A stretch of DNA of 64,000 nucleotides from a virus (taxonomy: Duplodnaviria > Heunggongvirae > Uroviricota > Caudoviricetes), in IMG/VR virus record IMGVR_UViG_3300005253_000053. One strand, written 5' to 3'. Shown in pieces: positions 34,869 through 43,919 of this stretch (position 1 is the stretch's first letter; each line of letters starts with the position of its first letter). Under the pieces are notes generated by a model. It ran no database searches. It had not been told where the DNA came from and worked only from the letters and a program-made list of their open reading frames with translations. A program made the translations under genes and the position numbers.

Positions 34869-35345
34869 TTATGGGCCGAACAGGGTACGGACCTGGATCT
34901 TCGACTCCAGTGTAGCCTGCTTGCTCTCGAACTTGTAGCGGCGAAGCTCTCCGGGGTTGATGATGTCGAGGAAGTCCCGGTAAGGAACCTCGAAGATCTG
35001 CATGCCCCTGCCGCCGGGACCACTGATGTCGATGTAGAACTGGGTACCCATCTCCCGGACGCCTGCGTCGAGGTAGGTCTGCTGGACTCGGCGGAGCAGA
35101 TCCTTGGTGAGCGTCTGCGCCTCAAATCCAGTCCCGACTAAGCGCGCCCAGCCCTGAGCCTTGGCCCAGTCCTCGTAGGTGCCGCCCTCCAGGTCCTTGT
35201 TGAAGCGCTCGCGGTAGTAATCCCCGGCGACCGCTTCGTGCCGACGCTGTCCGGTCACGGGCAGGATGGTCCCGTCAGGCAGGAGCCAACTGTACGTGGC
35301 GTCTGCCTCAAGCAGGAGCGTAGTGACGTCGTGCTGCGAGGTCAT
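34869..35345 (-). CDS. Short-leader protein (MTSQHDVTTLLLEA) with WLLPDG..H..GWARL domain
   Basis: Start trimmed from 35414. Confidence 0.7.
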   Translation of the reverse strand: MTSQHDVTTLLLEADATYSWLLPDGTILPVTGQRRHEAVAGDYYRERFNKDLEGGTYEDWAKAQGWARLVGTGFEAQTLTKDLLRRVQQTYLDAGVREMGTQFYIDISGPGGRGMQIFEVPYRDFLDIINPGELRRYKFESKQATLESKIQVRTLFGP

Positions 35346-35347
35346 AC

Positions 35348-35375
35348 TTGACTTTCTTCCTGGGGTTTGTACAAT
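35348..35375 (+). promoter_or_regulatory. Sigma70-type promoter of the HNH gene (TTGACT-16-TACAAT), leaderless
   Basis: ATG 6 nt after -10. Confidence 0.65.
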
Positions 35376-35381
35376 AGGATC

Positions 35382-36269
35382 ATGTACAAGACCTGCACAA
35401 ACCCGACGTGCCAACAGTCTAACCCACAGTCGGTCTCAAACTTCGCTATCGACCGGCGTGTCAAGACGAAGATATCTTATCAGGCTAGGTGCAGGGACTG
35501 CAAGCGGCAAGCCGCCCGGGAGAACAGGCGGAAACGTGTACAGGAGAGCAAGGGTCTTTATTCTCGATGGAGTACGATGAAAACTCGGTGCTATAACAAG
35601 AACTGCGACGCGTATAAGTACTATGGAGCCCGAGGGATTGAGGTATGTAAAGGCTGGAGAGAATCCTACGGAGCCTTTGAGGCGTGGGCTCTAGCCTCCG
35701 GCTACGACCCGAAGAAGACGCTGGACCGCGTAGACTGCACCGGACCGTACTCCCCAGATAACTGCCGGTGGGCGACGTGCCAGGAGCAGGCACTAAACAC
35801 TCGTAGGACGAATCCTGGAAGACACAAGCCAAAGCCCAGAAAGAGTAAGTCCAGCAGAGCCCCTCTCGAAGTAGTGATGAAAAGACGCTGGTACGATATG
35901 CGAAACAGATGCAGCAATCCGAACAACAGAGCGTACCTCCACTACGGGGGCAGAGGCATTCTCATAGCCTCAGAGTGGCAGGACTTTGCCACCTTCCGCA
36001 TTTGGCTGATCAGCCAGGGGTTCAAGGTAGAACTTACATTGGATCGTGTCGACGTAAACGGATCGTACTCCCCAGAAAACTGTCGGCTTGCAACAAGAAC
36101 ACAGCAAGCCAGAAACACACGACAGGTTAGGTTGTCCAGAGAAAAGGCAGCAGAGATCAGGATACTCTCTGCCCAAGGTGTATCCGGTAGGCAGATCGCC
36201 AAGCGATTTGGAGTTACGCCACCAACCATTTACTCAGTGCTAAACGGAAGACTTTGGCGCACGCCATAG
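35382..36269 (+). CDS. Free-standing homing-endonuclease-like protein with two tandem HNH-type domains and C-terminal HTH
   Basis: Two copies of RW..M..RC.N....Y..YG.RGI...TLDRVD..G.YSP.NCR.AT..Q.A.NTR; lower GC; opposite strand to neighbours. Confidence 0.85.
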   Translation: MYKTCTNPTCQQSNPQSVSNFAIDRRVKTKISYQARCRDCKRQAARENRRKRVQESKGLYSRWSTMKTRCYNKNCDAYKYYGARGIEVCKGWRESYGAFEAWALASGYDPKKTLDRVDCTGPYSPDNCRWATCQEQALNTRRTNPGRHKPKPRKSKSSRAPLEVVMKRRWYDMRNRCSNPNNRAYLHYGGRGILIASEWQDFATFRIWLISQGFKVELTLDRVDVNGSYSPENCRLATRTQQARNTRQVRLSREKAAEIRILSAQGVSGRQIAKRFGVTPPTIYSVLNGRLWRTP

Positions 36270-36713
36270 ACGACACCAACCTTCTGGTCGAATCCAATTC
36301 CTTATTTGTGAACATAAATTCTTCCCGTTCGAGACTTTCATGTACGAAAATTCACAATTCCCGCAGCGCTGAGTCTCGCTGGCCGACTCGTCGGTGTACT
36401 CGGCGTCGGCAGGGTCCATCTTGTACGCGTCGGTGCCGCTGCCCAGGATGTAGTAGAGCAGGGGCTCACGCATCTGGACCTCGGGCGGCAGGCGGGACCA
36501 GTCGCGGATCACCTTCTTGACCGGGGAGGGAGCCTGGGTTCCGGCCTCCGGATAGCCGCGCACCCGGACCGGCTTCTCCGGTGCAGGGTCCGGTTGCGGA
36601 TTGAGGTCGCGGGGCTCGACGGTGCCCTGCGACATCATCTCTTCGTCGTCCTCAGGCGGGAGCGGGGCCTGCTCGTTCAGCAGCTTCCGCATCGCCCTGC
36701 GTGTCTGGTCCAT
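36240..36713 (-). CDS. Leader-family protein with C-terminal HiPIP-like 4-Cys domain
   Basis: MDQTRRAMRKLLNEQ; AEY...CGNC-x13-C-SQIRNW-I-RPE-GWC-RL-W. Confidence 0.7.
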   Translation of the reverse strand: MDQTRRAMRKLLNEQAPLPPEDDEEMMSQGTVEPRDLNPQPDPAPEKPVRVRGYPEAGTQAPSPVKKVIRDWSRLPPEVQMREPLLYYILGSGTDAYKMDPADAEYTDESASETQRCGNCEFSYMKVSNGKNLCSQIRNWIRPEGWCRLWRAPKSSV

Positions 36714-37737
36714 TCATCTGCACTCCGAGTTCCTGAAGTTCCTCGTCCCAGTCCGAGGTGTCACGGTCCGAGAGTTCCTGAAGGAGCGTGGCGTCGATAC
36801 TGTAGCGGCCCTCTAGGTAGTCAGCCATGCCGCCGGTCTGGTGCGTGAGGTTGACGATCTCATTTAGCTTACCGAAAAGCTGCTGCATAGGAAACTGCTG
36901 GGCGTCGGCCTCGATCTTCTCCAGTACCTCAACCCCGTCCTCGATCCGTTCGCGCGTGGCCTCGATACCCAGAGGCTGCCAGTGATCCCACCACACGGGG
37001 AAGACGAACGTCTGGTACAGTTCCCGCAGGAAGCTGCTAGGATCGGCGTCCACGTAGTCCCAGTCCAGGCCCTCTACAAGAGCGCCCAGTGACCCGTAGC
37101 TGTCGAGGGTCACTTCAAGGTAATCGGCCGGATCATCATACGGCTCAAAGTCTTCCTCGCCTGCCATCTGCTCGTTCTCTTCTTCCATCAGCGTTTCGGC
37201 GAGAATCATCAGTGACGGCAGCATGCCTGCGCGGGCGGCTTGGGCGATCTCGGAGGTGTCGGGGCCTTTAGGAGCACCCTGGTTGTAAGGAGAAGGGCCA
37301 CCACCATGCAGAACGTAGCGGTCGTACTCACTCCACGCAGCCTCGATGGCTTCCTTGGTCAGCGAATCCAAACTAACCATGAGGTCGATTTCTTCCGCTT
37401 CACGTACGCGAGTGGCTGCCCACTCCTTGGGGTCGCCGATGGCGTGGCCGCTCAGCCACTCTTCGTAGACCACCAGGATCTGCCGGGCGAGGGACTCGGC
37501 CAGGGGGTAAGCGATGGCTTCGAGACGTTCCAGCATGCGCTCACGACGCTGGGGCACGCCCTCGAAGGGCTTCGTACGAAGCATACTGTACTTGTACTCA
37601 AGCTCGTAGAGGGCTTCGAGGTTCTCGCCGATCTCCTCGTCGTCGGCCTGGAACCCGATCAGATCTTCCCAGCCCATCTCCAGCAGCAGGCGGGGGTCGA
37701 GGACTTCGAGCACGGTTTCTTGTAGGGCCGTGGTCAT
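36652..37737 (-). CDS. Acidic hypothetical with short L-x-E-rich leader (MTTALQETVLEVLDPRLLLEM)
   Basis: ATG 37737 overlaps upstream stop. Confidence 0.7.
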   Translation of the reverse strand: MTTALQETVLEVLDPRLLLEMGWEDLIGFQADDEEIGENLEALYELEYKYSMLRTKPFEGVPQRRERMLERLEAIAYPLAESLARQILVVYEEWLSGHAIGDPKEWAATRVREAEEIDLMVSLDSLTKEAIEAAWSEYDRYVLHGGGPSPYNQGAPKGPDTSEIAQAARAGMLPSLMILAETLMEEENEQMAGEEDFEPYDDPADYLEVTLDSYGSLGALVEGLDWDYVDADPSSFLRELYQTFVFPVWWDHWQPLGIEATRERIEDGVEVLEKIEADAQQFPMQQLFGKLNEIVNLTHQTGGMADYLEGRYSIDATLLQELSDRDTSDWDEELQELGVQMNGPDTQGDAEAAERAGPAPA

Positions 37738-38474
37738 AGCTGCGGCTCTCCACCACCGACCACCATACCTGGGGACAGGCCCGCAGGCTGACGATCCTTC
37801 TGCTTGATCTGGTTGGCATTGATGTGTGGGTTCAGCATGTCGTGGATGTCGGCTTCGTAGGTGCTCTGCTTCGGGATGAACTCCTCGATCCATATAAAGT
37901 CTTCGTCAGGCACGCTCTCTTCCGGATCGTATTCGGCTTCCTCCTGAAGGAAGCCGTCGATGCGGTGCTTGGCATCGTCATCGAAACGCCCCATCTGGAA
38001 GTTAGTGCCCTGCACGCGAATCCAGTTCTCCTCCATCATCATGTACTCGCGTGCGTCGCCGCTGTTATCCTCGAACCATTTGACCGCCGTAGGGTTTGCC
38101 CCGGCACTCATCAGGATCACGGCCTCGACGTCAGTCAGCCTACCCGGCTGGATTTCTTGAGCCACCTCGCGGAAATACCGCTCAGCATCCAGAGGGCGGA
38201 TCTCGTTCGCCTCACCCTGCATGCCCAGGTCGTAAGCAAGCTCCGCTAGCTTCTTGGGGTCTTGCTTGATGGCGTCCAGAATTTCTTCCGGGTCGAGTTC
38301 GCCGTACAGGTACTCAAAATTAACACCCAAAGCAGACTCGAATGCAATGGACTCGTGGTTCTGGTCTCCGACGTCCCCGTCTGCGAACGTGGCGTTGCCA
38401 CCCTCCTCGATCCACCACTCCCCGTAGATGTGACCCTCGAACAATATGCGGGTGACTGTGCTGGTGACCGACAT
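37734..38474 (-). CDS. Short-leader protein (MSVTSTVTRILFEG) with WWIEEGG..NH..NWIRV domain
   Basis: TGATG coupling. Confidence 0.7.
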   Translation of the reverse strand: MSVTSTVTRILFEGHIYGEWWIEEGGNATFADGDVGDQNHESIAFESALGVNFEYLYGELDPEEILDAIKQDPKKLAELAYDLGMQGEANEIRPLDAERYFREVAQEIQPGRLTDVEAVILMSAGANPTAVKWFEDNSGDAREYMMMEENWIRVQGTNFQMGRFDDDAKHRIDGFLQEEAEYDPEESVPDEDFIWIEEFIPKQSTYEADIHDMLNPHINANQIKQKDRQPAGLSPGMVVGGGEPQL

Positions 38475-39382
38475 CAGTCCGGTGCCCCCACGAGCACGCC
38501 CAGTCTGCGGCGCAGCAGTTCGATCTCTTCGGGTGTGTCGATGCTGTCCTCAGCACCGAAGCGTCCACGGATGTCACGCAGCGCACTGTACAGCGCCATG
38601 TAGTTGTACCGTTCGAGCAGCTTCTGGATGACGTTGGCGGGCAGGTTGTTCCGGCTGCCGTACTGCGCGACCTCGTCCGGCGTCAGGTTGGCACCGAACG
38701 CATCCTGGCGAGCCTGCTTGATGCTCCGACCCAGGTCAATCAGGTGGCCGACCTCGTTGTCGATCTCACCCAGCTTGGCGACGATGCTGTCAGCCAGGGC
38801 GCTGACCTCTGAGTCGCTGAGCGACTGGTAGATCAGGAAGTCGGCAACGTCCCGCGACAGTTCACCCATGCTCAGGTCGAACTCCCGCGCGGCGATCAGG
38901 AAGCCGGGCATGTAGTGCTCGATGTCGACGGCGATGTCGTACGGACCCTTGACCCAGGCCTCGTTGGTCACGTCGTAGATCCCGTCGGCCCGGTCCTCGT
39001 TGTACTCGCCACGGTGTGGGAAGATCTCGATGGGGTGGTCTGTGCCCTTGAGATCCTCGCCTTCGTACGTCTCGCGGATCAGGTCGAAGATGTCGTACCA
39101 GCTATCGTCATCGATATCCTCGTCGATGATCAGCAGCAGGTCCGCGTCCGACCAGGGAAGCCACTGCTTCGACAGGATGCTGCCCTTGATGTACACGCCG
39201 TAGACCGGAGTGATGTTCTCGTTGACTTCAGCGGCGATGTTCTCAAGCTGGCGCTGGTGCTCCGGCCGCAGGACGAACTCGCCCTCCTCGGCCTCGATGA
39301 ACACGTCCGGGTCCAGGCCCTCGCGGGTCGGGTCGATGGACGCCTCGGTCAGGACTCGGTGCATGGTATGGCGGGGGTCCAC
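38474..39382 (-). CDS. Leader-family Pol-beta-type nucleotidyltransferase
   Basis: MDPRHTMHRVLTEA (GTG); IKGSILSKQWLPWSDADLLL = GS-x9-SD-x-D. Confidence 0.7.
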   Translation of the reverse strand: MDPRHTMHRVLTEASIDPTREGLDPDVFIEAEEGEFVLRPEHQRQLENIAAEVNENITPVYGVYIKGSILSKQWLPWSDADLLLIIDEDIDDDSWYDIFDLIRETYEGEDLKGTDHPIEIFPHRGEYNEDRADGIYDVTNEAWVKGPYDIAVDIEHYMPGFLIAAREFDLSMGELSRDVADFLIYQSLSDSEVSALADSIVAKLGEIDNEVGHLIDLGRSIKQARQDAFGANLTPDEVAQYGSRNNLPANVIQKLLERYNYMALYSALRDIRGRFGAEDSIDTPEEIELLRRRLGVLVGAPD

Positions 39383-39447
39383 TATATACCTTCCTAGCAG
39401 AGACCCGCTCTCCCGGGACCACAGCAGCCGGGGGTAGAATGGGTCGG

Positions 39448-39477
39448 ATGCCTCTGTGTTCGTCGCTCACAGAGCAT
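39448..39477. other. Intergenic hairpin (ctctgtg-9-cacagag)
   Basis: 7-bp perfect stem extendable by atg/cat. Confidence 0.3.
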
Positions 39478-39499
39478 TACAGGCGCACTGCGGGGCATC

Positions 39500-41107
39500 T
39501 CAGACCCCAGGGCCTCCTGGCTCAGCCTGCTCGACCAGCAGGCCGTAGACGCTATACTGGGCCGGAGTCAGGTTCTCCATGCCCGGGAAGAACTGCTGAC
39601 CCGCCGCTTTCTCGCGGGCCTTCTGCCCCTGGGCCTCGCGCTCGCGGCGCTCCTCCGGACTCTCGATGCTTAGCGTTACTCTCAGCTTTGCCCAGTCGAT
39701 GCCCTCGATGATCTTGTCCAGGTTGATTCCGTAGCTGTCGCCGTCAAACTCCCAGAACACCGATGTGGTTTCCATGGTGTTCTGGAGAAGTTCCCACAGG
39801 TCGCCGCCGTCCATATCGTCGATAGCCTCCTCCCAGTCCTCGCCGGGAGCACCCTCCAGTTCTTCATAAGCCTCGACGTATTTCTTTAGTTGGCTCTTGA
39901 AATCGTCTTCGTAGTAGCCTTCCCAGGCTGAATCGATAAGCTCTACCTCCGCGTTGGCATAGTCAGCGTCGTCGTAGATTTCATAGCTGCCCAAATCCAG
40001 GATGGCTTGCCACATGTCGTCGTCGTCAACGTCGAGGTCGATCCGAACGTATTCGTACTCTCCTCGGTCTGATACGTTCACACCAAAGCTGCTTCCGTAG
40101 TCTTTCATAAAGCCACGGATGTTTCCCAGAACCCTTGGGTCGTTGATGTTGCCGCCGAGCCCAGGCGGATCGACCGTGCCACCTACGTTGATACTGTCGG
40201 TGCTATAGCCCTGGCTATCGCGAAGATCCGCGCCCTCCATCTCAGCGACCTGACGAGCGAGCGCGCTCACGCCGCCACCCGTGACCGCCGTATCCACGTA
40301 CTCTTCGTAGGCTTCCTGCTGATCCTCGTTCCCAGGCTCGGGGGCCATCATCCCGAGGACCTCGTCACGTATCTCTCCGCCAAGTTCGCCCCACGCGATG
40401 TCGTGATCGTTGACGTCGAGGACCTCGCCGTAGTCGTGCGTGTACTGCGCGAAGGGCTTCCACTTTTCTACCTGTCCGCCGGGCTCGTAGACCAGACTGC
40501 TGACGTAGATCACGTACAGCGGGCCACGGGATGTGTAGCTGCCTGCGTGGTGAGATCCGCGCGTGCACCACTCCGTGCCCTTGCCGTGGAACATACAGGC
40601 TTCGGGCGTCTCGACCCGGACGATCTTCCATTCGCCGTCTTTGCTGACGCGGATGACCTTGGAGCCTGGGACGTTGAGCGGGTCGGCCTTCCGGCGCTTC
40701 ATTGAGCGGCGAGAGACCAGCGCCTCAGCGGGGATGTTTTGCATCTCGCTGTGGAGATCCAGCACAGTCGCGTACTTGTTGATGTCGCCTTCGTCGCCCC
40801 GCAGGTAACCGGTCTTCTTGGCCCTGTCGAAAATCGACAGGGCGTTCTGTATCTTAGCGCGGTAGTTTACGTCGGCTGGGGTTGGTACCAGCCTCGGGAT
40901 AGGTGCCTCTCTTCTGACTGCCTCGCTCTTCCACTGCTTCAGAATCCAGGTGCCATACTTGAAGTTTGGAGTCGGGTCAGAGTCCCGCGCCCAAGCCTCG
41001 ATTTGCTCCGGCGTCTGGCCAAGGCGCTGGGCCACCGAATCGATCTGAGCCTGCTGAACCTCGTCCAGTTGCAGTGCGGTCAGGACTGTCTCGAAGATGT
41101 TAATCAC
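39500..41107 (-). CDS. Large hypothetical, paralog of 41104..42222 (HGKGTEWCT motif)
   Basis: DSDPTPNFKYGTWILKQW; TPEACMFHGKGTEWCTR. Confidence 0.75.
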   Translation of the reverse strand: MINIFETVLTALQLDEVQQAQIDSVAQRLGQTPEQIEAWARDSDPTPNFKYGTWILKQWKSEAVRREAPIPRLVPTPADVNYRAKIQNALSIFDRAKKTGYLRGDEGDINKYATVLDLHSEMQNIPAEALVSRRSMKRRKADPLNVPGSKVIRVSKDGEWKIVRVETPEACMFHGKGTEWCTRGSHHAGSYTSRGPLYVIYVSSLVYEPGGQVEKWKPFAQYTHDYGEVLDVNDHDIAWGELGGEIRDEVLGMMAPEPGNEDQQEAYEEYVDTAVTGGGVSALARQVAEMEGADLRDSQGYSTDSINVGGTVDPPGLGGNINDPRVLGNIRGFMKDYGSSFGVNVSDRGEYEYVRIDLDVDDDDMWQAILDLGSYEIYDDADYANAEVELIDSAWEGYYEDDFKSQLKKYVEAYEELEGAPGEDWEEAIDDMDGGDLWELLQNTMETTSVFWEFDGDSYGINLDKIIEGIDWAKLRVTLSIESPEERREREAQGQKAREKAAGQQFFPGMENLTPAQYSVYGLLVEQAEPGGPGV

Positions 41108-42222
41108 GCTACGAGTATCCTGTAGACATCGGCCTTCAAAGACTCACGCGGGAGCGTACCACTGAACGGGAGTGTTTGCTGCTGGTGCTGGGCAGCCCAC
41201 TCGCGGCGGCGCGGGTCAAACGCAAAACGTACAGCCTCCCGGTCTGTCGCCGCCACCGCGTCCTCGATGTCCACGTCAACGTCCCAGTTATCCCCGTACC
41301 AAGTTGTAGTGATTTCGCTGCCCGCCGCGTCGTCGAACAGACCCCAGAGTCGTCCGTTGCTGACCAACTCCTCGATCTCATCTTCGAGGTCCGGGAACTT
41401 CTCGATCAGGCCGTCCCTATACTCGTCCTTAATCCACTCGTCCCAGGCTTCTTCGATGGCACCTTCGGACGCCTTGGCCCACTCCACGTACGTGCTGCTG
41501 TTGCCCGTGGTCTCAGCCGCCTTCTCGAAGAGAACCTGGACTTCGTGCGGAAGCTGGTCGTAGGCCATTTCGTTGTGGTTCGAGTCCTGTACCTCTCGGT
41601 AGTCCGATGTCGCTTGGTAGACAGCTTCGGTACGTTCTGGCGACCACACGTAGTGCACGACGATCAACGGGTTGTCCTCGCTGGCGTAGTGGCAGGCCTG
41701 ATTGCGGGCGCGTGTACACCACGGTGTACCTCGACCATGGAACATTGCCGCGTCCGGCGTGGTGACTATGTAAGCTCGGTACTTCCCTTCCTGAGCCACG
41801 AACTCAGAGCCGGGCACCAACATCGGGTCTGCCTTGCCCTTCCTTAACTGGCGGCGGCTGAGGATCGCGCCCTCGGGAACTTCCTGGAGGGCACCCCAGG
41901 CCTCTCTCCAGCTTTTGTAATCGAAGAGGTTCGGTTTGACCTCCCAATCTCCAGCCGTCTTGAGCGTGACGAGCCGAGCGTGGACGCCAAGCAGTTCGCT
42001 GATGTCGCTACGGATGTTTTCGTCCTGGAGCCTCATCGGGTCCTGATGCGAGAGCCACTGCTTCAGCAGCCACGTGCCATACTTCATGTTGGGCGTGGGG
42101 TCGGCGTCGCGGACGATGGCCTCGACCTCGTCGGGCGAGATCTCGAAGCGCCGCGCGGCCCGGTTCAACTGAGCCTGCTGCACTTCCTGGAGAAGGTCGA
42201 GGGTATCCTGGAAGACATCCAT
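41104..42222 (-). CDS. Hypothetical, paralog of 39500..41107 (HGRGTPWCT motif)
   Basis: DADPTPNMKYGTWLLKQW; TPDAAMFHGRGTPWCTR. Confidence 0.75.
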   Translation of the reverse strand: MDVFQDTLDLLQEVQQAQLNRAARRFEISPDEVEAIVRDADPTPNMKYGTWLLKQWLSHQDPMRLQDENIRSDISELLGVHARLVTLKTAGDWEVKPNLFDYKSWREAWGALQEVPEGAILSRRQLRKGKADPMLVPGSEFVAQEGKYRAYIVTTPDAAMFHGRGTPWCTRARNQACHYASEDNPLIVVHYVWSPERTEAVYQATSDYREVQDSNHNEMAYDQLPHEVQVLFEKAAETTGNSSTYVEWAKASEGAIEEAWDEWIKDEYRDGLIEKFPDLEDEIEELVSNGRLWGLFDDAAGSEITTTWYGDNWDVDVDIEDAVAATDREAVRFAFDPRRREWAAQHQQQTLPFSGTLPRESLKADVYRILVA

Positions 42223-42394
42223 GCTGCCCCTGTTATACCGCAGGCTGCCTGTACGTGTCCATATGGTGCTCCCGAGCGGAGCAAGGTGGGAATCTGGGGT
42301 AGGTTAGGTGGTGCGGATCGCCCGGTTGCTTAGGCCGGAGGTGGGTGGTTGGTGAGGCGGGTCTGTACAGTCTACCTATCGGCTGCACCTTGCG

Positions 42395-42718
42395 TCAACT
42401 TGAGTCTTTTTCTTCCTGGTGCCGCAAAATCATGCCCGTGCCCCGGCAGTGCGAGCATGGGTGGTCCTTGAGCAGCTTCAGGACGTCGCCGACTCTGCCG
42501 GTGGCTTTCAAAACTTGGCCCTCGATATCGAGACCGGTACCGTCGCACTGCTCGCACTCGTTGGGGTCCGGCTCGCGGCCGTAGCCCGCCTCGGCCAGGA
42601 TGTCGGCAATCTCGTCGCAGGTATCGGAGTCCCAGTTGCTGTCGTCACCCTCGCGGCCAGACGGCCAGAGGATTTTGCAGACCTTCTTGATCACATCGTC
42701 GGAGGATAGTTCAGACAT
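42395..42718 (-). CDS. Protein with DnaJ-type CxxCxGxG Zn finger
   Basis: CEQCDGTG...CSHCRGTG; TGATG coupling to pyrC. Confidence 0.65.
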   Translation of the reverse strand: MSELSSDDVIKKVCKILWPSGREGDDSNWDSDTCDEIADILAEAGYGREPDPNECEQCDGTGLDIEGQVLKATGRVGDVLKLLKDHPCSHCRGTGMILRHQEEKDSS

Positions 42719-43791
42719 CACGAGAGCCTTTGGAATGGATTGAACCCGTACTTGTCCCATAGAGTTATATCATATTCCCGCTCGACCGTCTCGGGTTCGA
42801 TGGCCAGTCCAAAGATCTCGTTGGCGTTCGAGAAGGTTGTCCTCAAAATCAGGTCCTCGGAAGCGCCTCGCTCTCGCAGGATCTCAATGCCGCGTGGCCA
42901 GAAGGGCAGTGCTGGAATGCCGGACGGTGGGGTGCTGGAGTCCTTGGCCTCGACCGGATGCGGCGCGTGGTCGGTGCCGATGACGTCGATCTTACCGTCC
43001 AAGTACTGGTTGAGCAGTTCCTCCTGGGACGCTGGACTGCGCAGTGGTGGGTTCATCTTGACCCGGTTTCCGTGGATGGCATAGTCGTCCCAGTTCAGCA
43101 GCAGATGGTGGAACGTCCCCTCGATGACAACCTTGTACGGCGGCTTCTCGTGATGCCTGTACCAGTCAGCGAAGTTGACCGTCTTCGGTGAGCTTGCGTG
43201 CGCGATGTAAAACGTGCCTGCGAACCCAGCCTCATGCGCCCACTTCAACTGCTTCACGATCTGGATAATCTCGGCGTTCTCATGCTGATGCGTTGAATGA
43301 GACAGGGGCTCGTCCGGATCGAACTTACCCTGGAAGGCGCTCTCCATCTCAAAGTGCCCGATGACCGGACCGGTAAAGCCAATCATGGCAATGGTCCGCC
43401 AGAGCCACTGCTGATAGGCCCCGTTCAAGATACCCATGTCGCCTGTGCTGTGGACGAAGAAGATCTTGATGGCGGTGTCCGCAGCCTTCGCGTACAGGAT
43501 CGCGGCGACGGCCTGCTCGTAGTCCGTGGTCAGCCCGATGTGGCACTTGTGGCTCACATCTCCCGAGATCGTGCCCTCGTCGTATAGGTGGCGCGAGAGC
43601 TTGTAGAATTTCACGCGACGCTCTGCGATGATGTGCCCCTTCACCAACCATGGCTTGGGGTTCGGCTGCTCCAGCAGGTACGCGACACCGGCCGCGTCAG
43701 CATCCTCGATGGCCCACTGCATGAACGAATGGTCCGGATACTCCAGGCCGCGCAGGTGCACATGTGGATCGATGGGGGTAACGTATTCCAT
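42718..43791 (-). CDS. pyrC: Dihydroorotase (amidohydrolase superfamily)
   Basis: DPHVHLR, QPN, KIF, HAS, HHL, KMNPPLR, GTDHAPH. Confidence 0.85.
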   Translation of the reverse strand: MEYVTPIDPHVHLRGLEYPDHSFMQWAIEDADAAGVAYLLEQPNPKPWLVKGHIIAERRVKFYKLSRHLYDEGTISGDVSHKCHIGLTTDYEQAVAAILYAKAADTAIKIFFVHSTGDMGILNGAYQQWLWRTIAMIGFTGPVIGHFEMESAFQGKFDPDEPLSHSTHQHENAEIIQIVKQLKWAHEAGFAGTFYIAHASSPKTVNFADWYRHHEKPPYKVVIEGTFHHLLLNWDDYAIHGNRVKMNPPLRSPASQEELLNQYLDGKIDVIGTDHAPHPVEAKDSSTPPSGIPALPFWPRGIEILRERGASEDLILRTTFSNANEIFGLAIEPETVEREYDITLWDKYGFNPFQRLS

Positions 43792-43811
43792 GAGATTCCT
43801 CCTACCCATGT

Positions 43812-43833
43812 TATCGGATTGGAGGGGCTATTT
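43812..43833 (-). promoter_or_regulatory. Promoter-like motif copy 10 (AAATAGCCCCTCCAATCCGATA)
   Basis: Followed by ACATGGGTAGGAGG RBS, directly upstream of pyrC. Confidence 0.8.
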
Positions 43834-43919
43834 CGGCAGAAGAATTTTAGTCGGTCATGCCCGTCAAGTTCTTAGACGGGTCCTCCACAACGTACCACGT
43901 CGGGGGCCGCGCGACCGTG

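Noticed and set aside
36248-36269. Both overlapping genes end in near-identical peptides (RLWRTP / RLWRAP)
   Set aside because: Explained by the short palindrome tggcg-ca-cgcca in the overlap; no independent evidence of function.
36670-36713. Twin-arginine (Tat) signal on the HiPIP-like protein
   Set aside because: RR is present but there is no hydrophobic h-region; the segment matches the shared leader instead.
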